Source of the DNA: Polyangiaceae bacterium
GTDB taxonomy: Bacteria; Myxococcota_A; Polyangia; Polyangiales; Polyangiaceae
DNA: 64,000 nt
Reading direction: 5' to 3'
Assembly (NCBI GenBank): GCA_035063585.1
Contig: JAPSGB010000002.1
Span: 64,001-128,000, forward strand
The notes beneath the pieces were generated by a model. That model did no database searches. It saw only the letters and a program-made list of their open reading frames with translations, and had not been told where the DNA came from. This document shows, one piece after another, positions 18,975-29,531 of this stretch. Position 1 is the first letter of the stretch; every line of letters starts with the position of its first letter. Made by a program: the position numbers and the translations under genes.

Positions 18975-20288
18975 GTGGTCCGTACTCTACGCTTGGTCGC
19001 CGCCACTCTCGGGCTCGGCGCGGTCGCTGCCGCGTCTTGCACCACGTACACGTCGGAGCTCCTCGAAGGGAGCGGCTCGGGCGGCCCCATGACGTGCGCG
19101 CTCGGCTACTGCTGGTGGTCCACCAAGACCCCGGAGGGCTGCGAGGACGTCGGTATCCCACGCCTCGCCGATAAACCGAAGCCGTCGCAGAGCTCGAACT
19201 CCGTCGGCTCGATCTACGTCGGCATGAAGCGGCTCTACCTCGGAGAGACGATGCCGCCGGTGCGGGGCCCGGCGATCGCCGACGCAGCCAAAGCCACCCA
19301 GCCCTGGCAGTGGATCGGCGTCAACATCGACGGAGTCTGCACCAACCCCATCGGCTGCTCGACGGCTGAGAAGAACGTCGTACCGTGCAAGACCGGCAGA
19401 GGCATCGTGAAGCCCGCCGACGGAGTCGGCTGTCGAGACAACGCGTTCGGTCAGCTCTTGCCGATCGCAGCCCAGAACCCCGAGCTCGGTCCGCCGCTCG
19501 GCCTCACCGAGAAGGACATGAACTGCGAGTTTCGGCGGGGCGGATACAACATCATCTTCAAGATCTCCGGCTATAATGGCGAGCTGAACGATGACTCCGT
19601 GCGGGTCGATCTCTACAGCTCACCCGGGCTCGAGTCGAACATGGCCAATTGGGACTGTCTGGCTCAGAAGGACTCGTGGGAGAAGCTCCCATCGTGGCTC
19701 CCCGAGAACCCGTGGTACATAAACCGCGCGGATCTCGACGGCGAACCTACGAACGGCGAGCTCCCGAACGCCAAGCGGGCCTACGACCCGTCGGCGTACG
19801 TCAAGGACGGCTACCTCGTCGCCCATCTGGCCGATGGCACCGAGGTCCGCTTCATCGGCGACAACGCCACCGTGCGGCCGGCGCTGCAAGGCGGCAGCGA
19901 GCCGTATCCGCTCGCGCACCTTCCGGGCGGGTTTCGGCTCATCCTGCACCGCATCACGCTCACCGCCCACCTCCACCAGGACAGCGGCATGTGGGTGCTC
20001 GATGACGGCGTGATCGCCGGCGCGATGATCAAGGACTACATCCTCGCGGGCTTCGAAGAGGCCGGATTCTGCGCCAAGTTCATGAGCGATCCCGGTCAGT
20101 ACGACACCCTCGCCAACTACCTCACGAACAACGACGACATCCTCTCCACGCCGACCAACGCTCCCGACACCACCTGCGACGCCATGAGCGTCGGGATCGG
20201 CTTCGAGGCGACGACCGTCACGCCCGGCGCCGCCAAGGACGTCTCGGTCCTCCATCGCTGCGCGGCGCCAGACTACCCGAAGCCTTGA
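18975..20288 (+). CDS. Cys-rich hypothetical lipoprotein
   Basis: Signal peptide with AASC lipobox; 437 aa; GVNIDGVCT and DGVGCRDNAFG segments. Confidence 0.75.
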   Translation: MVRTLRLVAATLGLGAVAAASCTTYTSELLEGSGSGGPMTCALGYCWWSTKTPEGCEDVGIPRLADKPKPSQSSNSVGSIYVGMKRLYLGETMPPVRGPAIADAAKATQPWQWIGVNIDGVCTNPIGCSTAEKNVVPCKTGRGIVKPADGVGCRDNAFGQLLPIAAQNPELGPPLGLTEKDMNCEFRRGGYNIIFKISGYNGELNDDSVRVDLYSSPGLESNMANWDCLAQKDSWEKLPSWLPENPWYINRADLDGEPTNGELPNAKRAYDPSAYVKDGYLVAHLADGTEVRFIGDNATVRPALQGGSEPYPLAHLPGGFRLILHRITLTAHLHQDSGMWVLDDGVIAGAMIKDYILAGFEEAGFCAKFMSDPGQYDTLANYLTNNDDILSTPTNAPDTTCDAMSVGIGFEATTVTPGAAKDVSVLHRCAAPDYPKP

Positions 20289-20322
20289 TCGCGCCGCCGG
20301 TCTCGAGGGTGGCGGGGCGCGG

Positions 20323-21357
20323 CTACTCGAGCCAAACCCGCGCCTCGACGTGGCGGCCGGATGCCAGCGTGAAATAGCCTCGCCCCGGGCGGCCCGGACG
20401 CGGCGGCTCGAAGCCGAGTGAGGTCGTGTCCGACGGGTTCACGTCGAGCTCGTCCGACGGTGTCCCCTGGCTCAAGGTGACCGAGATCCGAAGCGTCTGC
20501 GAGCCCGCGCCCCCCTCGAGAGAGAGCGCGAACAGCCCCCCGCGGAGGAGCAGGACCGTGCGCTCGAGCAAATGCTCGAGCTGGGGCGGCGGGTTCTCAT
20601 CGAGCGAGCGGGCCTCGCTCAGGCGACCGCGCTCATCGAGCGTGAGGCTCACCCGAAACGACCCCGCGTCGCCGAGCGGCAGCGAGGACCACAGCGGATC
20701 GCCGCTCATCGCGCGCGGCATGGCGCGAGCGAAGGCCTTTCCCAGATCGCGCACGCCCGGCGCGAGCCCCGCGGCGCCGAAGGCCGCCGGTGCGCCGTCA
20801 CCCGCTGACGTCCCGGGCGCGGCAGGCTCGGCGGGCGAGGCCGCGAGCGCGGGCGACTCGCCCGCGGCGCCCGCGACCGGGCCGCTCGGCGCCGGCGCGA
20901 CGTCGGGCTTCGCCCTCGGCTCCGCAGGCTCGCGCCGTCGCGGGGGCCTCGCGCGCGGGCGAGGCTCGGGGACCACCGCGGGGCCGCGCGAGGTAGGGTC
21001 GAGCTTCATGGAACCCACCTCGAGCCTCGCGGGCCGCGCAGGCGTGGGCGTCGGCGGCTCGGCTACCGCGGGCTCGGGTCGGGCGAGCGGCCGCGACTCC
21101 GGCGCGGGCAGGGTCGGTGCCGCGGGCTCCGCGGCCTGGGTACCGCCGCGCGCGCCGCTCGTCACCAACCCATCGACCTCGATCGTCTCACCCGACCAGA
21201 CGTCGGGTCGCTCGAGCGGCGCAGCCGACCGCGCCGGCGCGTGCGCCGCCCCGGCGAGCCCGAGGAGCGCCACGAGTCCGTGGGCTCCGAGCGAAGCCGC
21301 CAGCGCGACGACGCGCGCCGTCGTCATCGGAGGAGGAGCGGGCCACGGAGCTTCCAT
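20323..21357 (-). CDS. Pro/Ala-rich membrane-anchored protein (TonB-like architecture)
   Basis: N-terminal TM with SLGAH (SxxxH), a long Pro-rich linker and a C-terminal alpha/beta domain. The start could be 21327. Confidence 0.6.
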   Translation of the reverse strand: MEAPWPAPPPMTTARVVALAASLGAHGLVALLGLAGAAHAPARSAAPLERPDVWSGETIEVDGLVTSGARGGTQAAEPAAPTLPAPESRPLARPEPAVAEPPTPTPARPARLEVGSMKLDPTSRGPAVVPEPRPRARPPRRREPAEPRAKPDVAPAPSGPVAGAAGESPALAASPAEPAAPGTSAGDGAPAAFGAAGLAPGVRDLGKAFARAMPRAMSGDPLWSSLPLGDAGSFRVSLTLDERGRLSEARSLDENPPPQLEHLLERTVLLLRGGLFALSLEGGAGSQTLRISVTLSQGTPSDELDVNPSDTTSLGFEPPRPGRPGRGYFTLASGRHVEARVWLE

Positions 21358-21493
21358 CGCGCGTTCTAGTGTGACACCGGACGCGCCGGGAGGTTTCCGC
21401 TCGCCGGGCCCGCCGACGCCGGCGCCGCGGAATCGCGAGTCGCGCGCGCTCGGCGCGGAATCACGGGGCGCGGGCCGGCGTTTCGAGGGCGTC

Positions 21494-22729
21494 ATGACCG
21501 CCGCTCGGGGCCTCGTCGCCGTCGCCCTCGTCTCACTTGCCACCTCGTGCAACCGGGTCGAGCGCGAGCCAGCGGCGACCCAACCGCCGCGCTCGGCGGA
21601 GCCCGCGAGCGCGGTGCGCGCGGCGAGCGGGGCACCACCCCTCGACGCCAGCACCTTCGCTCGGCTCTTCGATGAGCTTTCCGAGCGCGACGGAGGGTTC
21701 TTCAGCGACAACCTCGTCTCGAACGAGACGTCGATGCTGCAGGTCGCCCCGCTCCTCCGCGCGCGCGTGGCGCCAGGCCGCGCTTACCTCGGCGTGGGAC
21801 CCGAGCAGAACTTCACCTATATCGCGCTCACGCGGCCGAGCCTCGCGTTCATCATCGACATTCGCCGCGACAACGCGCTCCTCCACCTGCTCTATAAGGC
21901 GATCTTCGAGCGCGCCGAGACACGCGCCGAGTTCCTCTCGCTCCTGCTCGGCCGACCGCTCCGGGAGGGGGTCGGGCCCGGCGCGGAATCCAGCGTGGCG
22001 GCCGTGCTCTCCGCGGTGGAGTCGTCTCGGCCCGAGCCCGAGTGGTTCGCCCGCGAGCACGCGGCGCTGGTCGCGCGACTCACCGGGCCCGATCGAGTCG
22101 ACCTGAGCTCCGCTGACGTCCGCGGGCTCGAGAAGCTCCACCGCGCGTTCTTCGAGCGACAGCTCGAGCTCCGCTTCGAGCTCAAGGAGAAGAACGGGCG
22201 AGACTACCCTACCCTTCGCGAGCTCTTCGAAGCCAAGGCGCCCGACGGACGGCCCCTCGGGTTCCTGGCGAGCGAGGCGAGCTTCACCACCGTCCGGGAC
22301 CTCGAGCGTGCGAACCGAATCATCCCCGTGGTGGGCGATTTCGCAGGCGAGCACGCGCTCCGGGCGGTCGGAGCGGAGCTTCGACGCCGGTCGCTCACGG
22401 TCGGCGTGTTCTACGTCTCGAACGTGGAACAGTACGTGATGAAGCCGCCCGCGTGGCAGCGCTGGGTGTCCAACGTGGGAGCGCTGCCGACCGACGCAGA
22501 GAGCATCTTCATTCGCGCGTACCTCGATCAGGGACGACGCCACCCGGCGCAGCTCGCCGGACATCGCACCGCGACCGTGCTCCAGCCGATGAGCGTCTTC
22601 CTCACGCGGGGAGCGGCGCGGCCCTACCGGACCTTCCTCGCGCTCACGACCGACGGGGTCCTCGGCGACGAGCGCGGGGAGCCTACCGGCGCGGCGAGCG
22701 CTCCAGCGGCGCCCGCGCTCAGTCGATGA
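21494..22729 (+). CDS. Hypothetical lipoprotein
   Basis: Lipobox ATSC; globular sequence with FFSDNLVSNE, YLGVGPEQNF and FYVSNVEQY. Confidence 0.75.
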   Translation: MTAARGLVAVALVSLATSCNRVEREPAATQPPRSAEPASAVRAASGAPPLDASTFARLFDELSERDGGFFSDNLVSNETSMLQVAPLLRARVAPGRAYLGVGPEQNFTYIALTRPSLAFIIDIRRDNALLHLLYKAIFERAETRAEFLSLLLGRPLREGVGPGAESSVAAVLSAVESSRPEPEWFAREHAALVARLTGPDRVDLSSADVRGLEKLHRAFFERQLELRFELKEKNGRDYPTLRELFEAKAPDGRPLGFLASEASFTTVRDLERANRIIPVVGDFAGEHALRAVGAELRRRSLTVGVFYVSNVEQYVMKPPAWQRWVSNVGALPTDAESIFIRAYLDQGRRHPAQLAGHRTATVLQPMSVFLTRGAARPYRTFLALTTDGVLGDERGEPTGAASAPAAPALSR

Positions 22730-25583
22730 GCGGCGCACGCAGCCCGGTGACGCGCAAGACGACCTTGTGCAGCTCGCCCACCACCCAGACGCTCGCCGCG
22801 ATGGCGAGCACCGCGGCGAGCTGGCGCGCGCCAGGCACGGCGGTGCCGAACACCGCCTGGCCAGCCGGCACGTAGACGGCCACCGCTTGCAGCGACGCCG
22901 CCGCCACGAACGAGCCGAGCAGGCGCCAATTGCTGAAGAAGCCGAGCTCGAACACCGAGTGCGCGCGCGAGCGCGAGTTCAGTGAGTGGAAGAGCGGCGA
23001 GAAGGCGAGGACGGTGAATGCCAGGGTTCGAGCCAGGGCGAGCTCGTGCTCGTAGAGGGGGCCCACCGCGCCGGGCCGCCACCCCCAGAAGACCAAGAGG
23101 CCCGCCACGCCCATCCATCCGCCGTAGGCCGACAGCCACGCGACGTCCCGCAAGGTGAGCAGGCGAGCCGCTCGACGCCGCGGCGCCGAGCGCATCGGGT
23201 CGAGGTGCACTGGCTCCATCCCGAGCGCGAGGGCCGGCAGACCGTTCGTGATGAGGTTGATCCAGAGGATCTGCGTCGGGGTCAAGATCGCTGGCCAGCC
23301 CAGCATGGCCGCCACGAACACGGCCAACACCAGGCCGGCGTTCGATGCGAACAGGAACAGGATGAAGCGCTTGATATTGGCGTAGATGACTCGACCTTCC
23401 TCGATCGCGCTGACGATGGTCGCGTAGTTGTCATCAGCGAGGACCATGTCCGCTGCCTCACGGGTGACGTCCGTGCCCGCCCGCCCCATCGCGATCCCAA
23501 TGCTCGCGGCCTTGATGGCCGGCGCGTCATTGACTCCGTCGCCCGTCATGGCGACCACCTCGCCGGCTCGTTCGAGGGCTTGGACCAAGCGGAGCTTGTT
23601 GGCCGCGGTCGCGCGCGCAACGACGCGAATGTCCGCGCAGCGACGCGCGAGCTCCTCCGACGACATCGCGTCGAGCTCCGGGCCGGTCACCACCTGGTTC
23701 GCGTCGCCGGCGAGCTCACCGAGCAGCCCCAGCTCGCGCGCGATGGTCCGCGCGGTGAGCGGGTGATCTCCGGTGATCATCACGGTCGCCACCCCTGCGC
23801 GGCGCGCGGTGGCGATGGCTCTGGCCACCTCGGGCCGCGGAGGATCCGCGATACCCACGAAGCCGAGGAGCGTGAGCTCGTCCTCGTAGGCGCGGAGCAG
23901 GGCGTCACGAGCGGCCGACCCTGGCGCCGAGTCCGGGATTCGTCGCGCGAGCGCGATGACGCGCAGGCCGTCGGCGGCCCAGCCGTCGACCAGCGCGCGG
24001 AGCGCGGAGAGCCGAGCCTCGGACACCTCTTGCTCCCCGCTCCGCTCATCGAGCACGCGCCGCACCCGAGCGAGCACCCGCTCGGGCGCGCCGTGGGTAA
24101 AGCCGGTGACGCGCCCACCGACACGAACCACCACGGTCGCGAGCTTCCGATCTCCGTCGAACGGGAGCTCGGCGACCGGCTCGGGCTCCACCTCGTGCGT
24201 TCCGCCGCCGAACCTCCGGTAGCCATCGTGGAGCGCGAGGAGCGCGGCGTCGGTCGGATCGCCACGCAGTCGCCGTTCATCCCCCTCGCCACTGATCGAT
24301 GCGGCAGGCGCGAAGCGAGCCGCCTCGAGCAACGTGCGGAGGCTCGGTCGCTCCGTGACGAGCGCCGGCAGATGCTCTCCGAGCTCATCATCATGCAGTA
24401 CCGGCGGCGGGGCCCCAGGCTCGAGCGAGCTCGGGCCGGCGGCTCGCACGCCCCAGGTCCTTCCTCCGGACCACACCCGCCGCACCTCCATCTGATTCTG
24501 AGTCAGAGTCCCCGTCTTGTCCGTGCAGATGACGTGCGCCGAGCCAAGCGTCTCGACGGCGGCGAGCCGACGGATCAGCGCGTTACGGCGCGCCATGCGC
24601 TGGATACCGAGCGCGAGCACGATGGTCGTGATCGCGGGCAGTCCCTCCGGGATCGCGGCGACGGCGAGGCTCACCGCGACGAGGAAGAGAAATCCGACGG
24701 GGGCCTCGAGTCGCCACAGCCCGATGCCGAACACGAGGAGCCCGACCACCACGCAACCCAGCACGACCTGGACGCCGAAGCGCCGGAGCTCGCGCGAGAG
24801 CGGCGTCTCCGGCATCTGGACGCTGCCGAGCATCCCGGCGATGAGGCCGAGCTCGGTGCGCATGCCGGTCGCGACTACGACCCCTCGCGCACGCCCAGTC
24901 GCGACGTACGTGCCCATGAAGGCCATCGTCGAGCGCTCCGCGAGCATGGTGTTCGCGTCGAGGGTCGCGTCACTCTGCTTCGATGCCGGGGTCGACTCGC
25001 CGGTCAGCGCGGCCTCGACGGCGGAAAATCCGGCGACCTCCGTCAGGCGAACGTCCGCGGGCACGCGGTCACCCTCCGCGAGCAGGACGACGTCACCGAC
25101 CACGAGCTCCACCGCGGGGAGCTCCGCCTCGACACCGTCGCGAAGCACCGTGGCGCTCGGTGCGGTCATGGTTTCGAGCGCGCGCAGCGCCGACTCGGCC
25201 CGACGTTCCTGGGCGAAACCGATGATGGCGTTCATGAGCACGATGAAGGCGATCGCGGCAGCGTCGCCGAAACGTTCGAGGAACGTCTGCGGTCCACTCT
25301 CTCCGAAGGCGAGCCCCAGCGCGATGAGCGCTGCGACCATGAGCGCGACCACCGTCACATCGGTGAACTGACGGAGGAACTTGCGGAGCGCGCCGGGCCC
25401 CTTCGCGTGCGCGAGCGCGTTCGTTCCATCGCGCGCCAGCCGTGCCCGGGCCTCCTCGGTGGAGAGGCCCCGCGCCGCGTCGAGCGCGAGGCGCTCGGCG
25501 AGTTCCGCGAGCGGGACGGCGTGCCACGCTGGCGCTAGCGGGTCGGTCCTACCCCCTCCCTCCCCCGGCGGCGGCATCGACAT
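22719..25583 (-). CDS. P-type cation-transporting ATPase (type II, Ca2+-like)
   Basis: LTGES, IPEGL, DKTGTLT, MITGDH, TGDGVND and QILWINL. Confidence 0.95.
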   Translation of the reverse strand: MSMPPPGEGGGRTDPLAPAWHAVPLAELAERLALDAARGLSTEEARARLARDGTNALAHAKGPGALRKFLRQFTDVTVVALMVAALIALGLAFGESGPQTFLERFGDAAAIAFIVLMNAIIGFAQERRAESALRALETMTAPSATVLRDGVEAELPAVELVVGDVVLLAEGDRVPADVRLTEVAGFSAVEAALTGESTPASKQSDATLDANTMLAERSTMAFMGTYVATGRARGVVVATGMRTELGLIAGMLGSVQMPETPLSRELRRFGVQVVLGCVVVGLLVFGIGLWRLEAPVGFLFLVAVSLAVAAIPEGLPAITTIVLALGIQRMARRNALIRRLAAVETLGSAHVICTDKTGTLTQNQMEVRRVWSGGRTWGVRAAGPSSLEPGAPPPVLHDDELGEHLPALVTERPSLRTLLEAARFAPAASISGEGDERRLRGDPTDAALLALHDGYRRFGGGTHEVEPEPVAELPFDGDRKLATVVVRVGGRVTGFTHGAPERVLARVRRVLDERSGEQEVSEARLSALRALVDGWAADGLRVIALARRIPDSAPGSAARDALLRAYEDELTLLGFVGIADPPRPEVARAIATARRAGVATVMITGDHPLTARTIARELGLLGELAGDANQVVTGPELDAMSSEELARRCADIRVVARATAANKLRLVQALERAGEVVAMTGDGVNDAPAIKAASIGIAMGRAGTDVTREAADMVLADDNYATIVSAIEEGRVIYANIKRFILFLFASNAGLVLAVFVAAMLGWPAILTPTQILWINLITNGLPALALGMEPVHLDPMRSAPRRRAARLLTLRDVAWLSAYGGWMGVAGLLVFWGWRPGAVGPLYEHELALARTLAFTVLAFSPLFHSLNSRSRAHSVFELGFFSNWRLLGSFVAAASLQAVAVYVPAGQAVFGTAVPGARQLAAVLAIAASVWVVGELHKVVLRVTGLRAPLID

Positions 25584-25601
25584 GGACGCGCTCCGCGCCG
25601 C

Positions 25602-27563
25602 TCAGGACGCGGGCCCAAGGTGAGCGGATCTCGGCTCCGCGAGCCCGGCGGGGGTGACGGACGGGCCCAAGAGCTCGACGAGCTCGGCGTCCTCGATGGA
25701 CTCCTTATCCATCAGCACGGCCACCAGGCGGTCGAGCGCCGCGCGGTGCTCGGTGATCAGCCGATTCGCCTCGGCGGCCGAGCCCCCCAGGATCCGCCGC
25801 GTCTCCTCCTCGATGAGGTGGACCGTGGCGTCGCTGGTGCCGCCCTCGGTCGCGATCATCTGACCGAGGAAGGGGTGCTCGGTGCGATGCTCGTGAAAGA
25901 CCGGGCCGACCTTCGGGCTCATCCCGAAATGGGCGACCATCTTGAAAGCGATGTCGGTAGCCTTCTGGAGGTCATTGGCGGCGCCCGACGAGATCCCGCC
26001 GAGCACGACCTGCTCGGCGGTGTAGCCGCCCATCAGGACTCGGAGCTGCGCCTCGAGCTCCTCCTGGGTCATGATGTGCTTGTCCGCGGCGGGCGTCTGT
26101 TGGGTCACGCCGAGCGCCATGCCGCGCGGGATGATGGTCACCCGATGCAGCGGCTCGGCGTGCGCCGAGAAATGTGCGACGACGGCGTGCCCTGCCTCGT
26201 GAATCGCCACCCGATGCTTCTCGGCCGGATCCAGCTTCGTCTCCCGCGGATCGCCGAGGACGATCTTGTCGTAGGCGCTCCGAAAATCTGCGGCCTCGAT
26301 GGCGTTGGCGCCGCGTCGAGTCGCGGAGAGCGCGGCCTCGTTTACCAAGTTGGCGAGATCCGCTCCGGAGAATCCCGGGGTATTCGCCGCGGTGCGCTCG
26401 AGCTCGACGTCGGCGCCGAGCGGCTTGTCGCGCGTGTGGACCTTCAGGATGGCCAGGCGCGCCGCGAGCTCCGGGCGATCGATGATGACGCGGCGATCGA
26501 AGCGGCCCGGGCGGAGCAGCGCGGAGTCGAGCACGTCCGGTCGGTTGGTCGCCGCGAGCACCACCACGAGCTCGTTACGGGTGAAGCCATCCATCTCCGA
26601 GAGGAGCTGGTTCAGCGTCTGCTCGCGCTCGTCGTGGCCTCCGCCGACGCCGGCGCCGCGTGAGCGGCCGACCGCGTCGATCTCATCGATGAAGACGATG
26701 GCCGGCGCGTTCTTCTTCGCTTCTTCGAACAGCTCACGGACTCGCGCCGCACCGACACCCACGAACAACTCGATGAACTCCGAGCCATTGATCGAGAAAA
26801 ATGGCACCCCGGACTCGCCGGCGACCGCACGCGCGAGCAGCGTCTTGCCGGTCCCGGGCGGGCCGACCAGGAGCACGCCCCTCGGCACCTTGCCTCCGAG
26901 GCGGCGAAACTGGTCGGGCTGCTTCAAGAAATCGACGATCTCGGTCAGATCCTGCTTCGCGGCGCGGAGCCCCGCGACGTCTTCGAATTTGACGGCGACC
27001 TGGGACTGTCGCTCGAAGCGGCGCGAGCGCCCCTTCATCATGCCGCCGAACGGACCTCCCGCGCCGCCCGCCATCATCTTTTGGGCACGCCGCGACATCC
27101 ACAGCCAAAACGCGATGATGAGGAGCAGCGGGAGGAAGCCGAGCAGCGCCTCGACCAACAGGGACTGGCCTTCCGTCTCGACGTCGACCGCGACCGCCTT
27201 CTCACGCAGGAGCGGCAGGAGATCCTTGTCCTCCTGAGCGGGGAGCACCGTCCGAAACGCGCTCGTCTCTACCCCCTCGACCTTCTGCTTCTGCGCGAGG
27301 GTGCCCCGAACTTCCTGACCGCGCAGCGTGACCTTCTTCACGTGCCCGCCCGAGACGAGCTGATAGAAGGCCGTATAGCTGATGGGCGGATCGGCGCTCT
27401 TCTTGGCGCCGAAGTACTGCCAGCCCCAAAAGCCGAGCAGCAAGAGCCCGATCAGCGCCCACCCCTTCCAGGAGGGCCGCGCGGGCGAACCCTCGGACGG
27501 CGTGGGCGGGCGGCCCGCGGGAGGCGCACCGCTCGGCATGGGGCCACGGGTCGAGTCGGGCAT
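25602..27563 (-). CDS. ftsH: ATP-dependent zinc metalloprotease FtsH
   Basis: Two TM segments, [16 protein letters not shown]-type Walker B, LRPGRFDR and HEAGH. Confidence 0.95.
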   Translation of the reverse strand: MPDSTRGPMPSGAPPAGRPPTPSEGSPARPSWKGWALIGLLLLGFWGWQYFGAKKSADPPISYTAFYQLVSGGHVKKVTLRGQEVRGTLAQKQKVEGVETSAFRTVLPAQEDKDLLPLLREKAVAVDVETEGQSLLVEALLGFLPLLLIIAFWLWMSRRAQKMMAGGAGGPFGGMMKGRSRRFERQSQVAVKFEDVAGLRAAKQDLTEIVDFLKQPDQFRRLGGKVPRGVLLVGPPGTGKTLLARAVAGESGVPFFSINGSEFIELFVGVGAARVRELFEEAKKNAPAIVFIDEIDAVGRSRGAGVGGGHDEREQTLNQLLSEMDGFTRNELVVVLAATNRPDVLDSALLRPGRFDRRVIIDRPELAARLAILKVHTRDKPLGADVELERTAANTPGFSGADLANLVNEAALSATRRGANAIEAADFRSAYDKIVLGDPRETKLDPAEKHRVAIHEAGHAVVAHFSAHAEPLHRVTIIPRGMALGVTQQTPAADKHIMTQEELEAQLRVLMGGYTAEQVVLGGISSGAANDLQKATDIAFKMVAHFGMSPKVGPVFHEHRTEHPFLGQMIATEGGTSDATVHLIEEETRRILGGSAAEANRLITEHRAALDRLVAVLMDKESIEDAELVELLGPSVTPAGLAEPRSAHLGPAS

Positions 27564-27623
27564 CGTCGTCAGCGCAACCTAACGACGATGCTCGACTTTG
27601 TCGACCGCGCCGCGGATAGCCGG

Positions 27624-29381
27624 TTACTTCGCGGGCTCCTCGACCTGGAGCGGCTGACCCTCCGCGTCCACCGGCTTGCCGTTCATCGACTGGATGTGGA
27701 ACTCGACGCGGCGGTTGTTCTGGCGGCCCTCGTCGGTGTCATTCGAGTCGATCGGGCGCTCCTGGCCGAAGCCTGCGCTCTTCAGCCGCTTCTTGTCGAT
27801 CCCGCGCTTGACGAGCCACGCGACCACGGAGGCGGCGCGGCGCTGCGAGAGCCCCTTGTTATAAGCCGGAGCGCCCTTGTTGTCGGTGTGACCTTCCACG
27901 CTGATCGCGGTGATCTCCGGGTGGTCCTTCATGATCGACAGGACCGCGTTCAGGATGTCGTCGCTCTCCTTGCGGATCGTCGCGCTATTGGTCTGAAATT
28001 CCACGCGCTCGGTGATCCGGATCTGACCCTTCTCGATCCGAGCCTTCGGGCAGCCGTTCTTCTTCGGATCCGACGAGGCCGGTCCCGGTTGATCCGGGCA
28101 GGCGTCCTCGGGATCGAGAATCCCATCGCCGTCGCTGTCCTTCGGCGGCGGACACCCATTCGTCTTCGGGTCGTCGGTCTTCACGCCGGGCTCATCCACG
28201 CAGGCGTCCTCGCGATCGAGGATCCCGTCCTTGTCGCGATCCGCCGGCGGGCACCCGTTCGTCTTCGGGTCATCGGTCTTCTCACCCGGCACGGTCGGAC
28301 AGGCGTCGTCGCGGTCGAGGATCCCGTCGCCGTCGCTGTCCTTGGGCGCCGGGCACCCGTTGGTGCTCGGATCGTCAGTGGCGATGCCGGGCTGATCGGG
28401 GCAGGCATCCTCATCATCATAGATGCCGTCCCCGTCGCGGTCCGAGCGGGCCGCGGGCTTCGCCTCGACGACGAGGTCCGGGGTGAACTCGAGGCTGGCG
28501 AGACCGCGGACCTCGGGGCTACCGAAGCCGCGAGTGAGCCCCGGGCCGACGCCCGCGCCGACGCGCACCTTGCCCGCCGTGTAGTGAGCCCCGATGATGA
28601 CCTCGAACGGAGTCGAGCGGCGCGAGAATACCGCGTCACCGTCGCTCACTACCGTCGAGCCGAAGATCTCGGGCCCGACCACCAGCTTGCCCTGAGCCGT
28701 GCGGAGACCGGCCGCGGCCCGGAAGCTCACCTCGCTACCGATGCGGCCCGCGTCCACCTGCTCGTCGCGCGCGCGATACGCAAAACCGAGCTCGCCGGCG
28801 TAGGTGAACGAGGAGACGTCACCCGCCATCATGATGCGAGGCCCGATCCGCAGCTTGCCATCACCCGCGAAGGCGTCTTCGCTCCCGGTCGGGAGATGTA
28901 GCCTGAGCCCACCGGCGAAGGTGACCGGCCCGCCATGCCGGCCGACCAGCCTCACGTCGAGATCGACGCGCGCGTCTCCTACCGACGTGTCATTAGTGGG
29001 AGTGAGCGTGCCGCCGAGCACGGTGGCCGCCGAGCTCTTCTGGTACACGAGCAAGGGGACGTTCACGCCGAGGCGCAGCCGGTCCCACATGACGAGCGAG
29101 CCGCCGAGGTGAAGGAAGACCTGGTGCTCGATGAGCGGGCGGATCTCGTCGCCGTCTGCGTCGTAGAGGACCAGCGGCTTGTAGGCCCAGTCTCCCACCA
29201 CGCCGAGGGCCGGGCGAAAGTGCCCGCGCAGATCGAGGGAGTCGGCCGCGAACCACTCGCTGCCACGATCGGAGGGCTCGAAGCGGTCGAGCGCGAACCC
29301 GCTCTGCGCGTGGGCGAGGGGAGCCGACACGAGCGCCGCGCCCGCGGCCGCCCATGAAATGAAAGTACGACGAATAGACAT
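27624..29381 (-). CDS. OmpA-family protein with beta-barrel and TSP3 Ca-binding repeats
   Basis: Signal peptide; repeated DxDGDGIxDxxDACP; C-terminal VEGHTD...LSQRRA...NRRVEF. Confidence 0.92.
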   Translation of the reverse strand: MSIRRTFISWAAAGAALVSAPLAHAQSGFALDRFEPSDRGSEWFAADSLDLRGHFRPALGVVGDWAYKPLVLYDADGDEIRPLIEHQVFLHLGGSLVMWDRLRLGVNVPLLVYQKSSAATVLGGTLTPTNDTSVGDARVDLDVRLVGRHGGPVTFAGGLRLHLPTGSEDAFAGDGKLRIGPRIMMAGDVSSFTYAGELGFAYRARDEQVDAGRIGSEVSFRAAAGLRTAQGKLVVGPEIFGSTVVSDGDAVFSRRSTPFEVIIGAHYTAGKVRVGAGVGPGLTRGFGSPEVRGLASLEFTPDLVVEAKPAARSDRDGDGIYDDEDACPDQPGIATDDPSTNGCPAPKDSDGDGILDRDDACPTVPGEKTDDPKTNGCPPADRDKDGILDREDACVDEPGVKTDDPKTNGCPPPKDSDGDGILDPEDACPDQPGPASSDPKKNGCPKARIEKGQIRITERVEFQTNSATIRKESDDILNAVLSIMKDHPEITAISVEGHTDNKGAPAYNKGLSQRRAASVVAWLVKRGIDKKRLKSAGFGQERPIDSNDTDEGRQNNRRVEFHIQSMNGKPVDAEGQPLQVEEPAK

Positions 29382-29531
29382 TTGGGAGGCATCCTATCCC
29401 GAGAGCGCGGGCGAAATGCACACCTTTTCTCATGCCACCCTCCGCGCCTCGTCCCGCGCCTCCTCCCGCGCCCCTGCGCCGCCCCCCTGCGCCCTTTCCA
29501 CTGGAGCGGAATTTCAGGCTCCACGGGGGAC

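Noticed and set aside
28050..28445. Repeats within the OmpA gene as a separate DNA element
   Set aside because: They are fully explained by in-frame TSP3 Ca-binding repeats.
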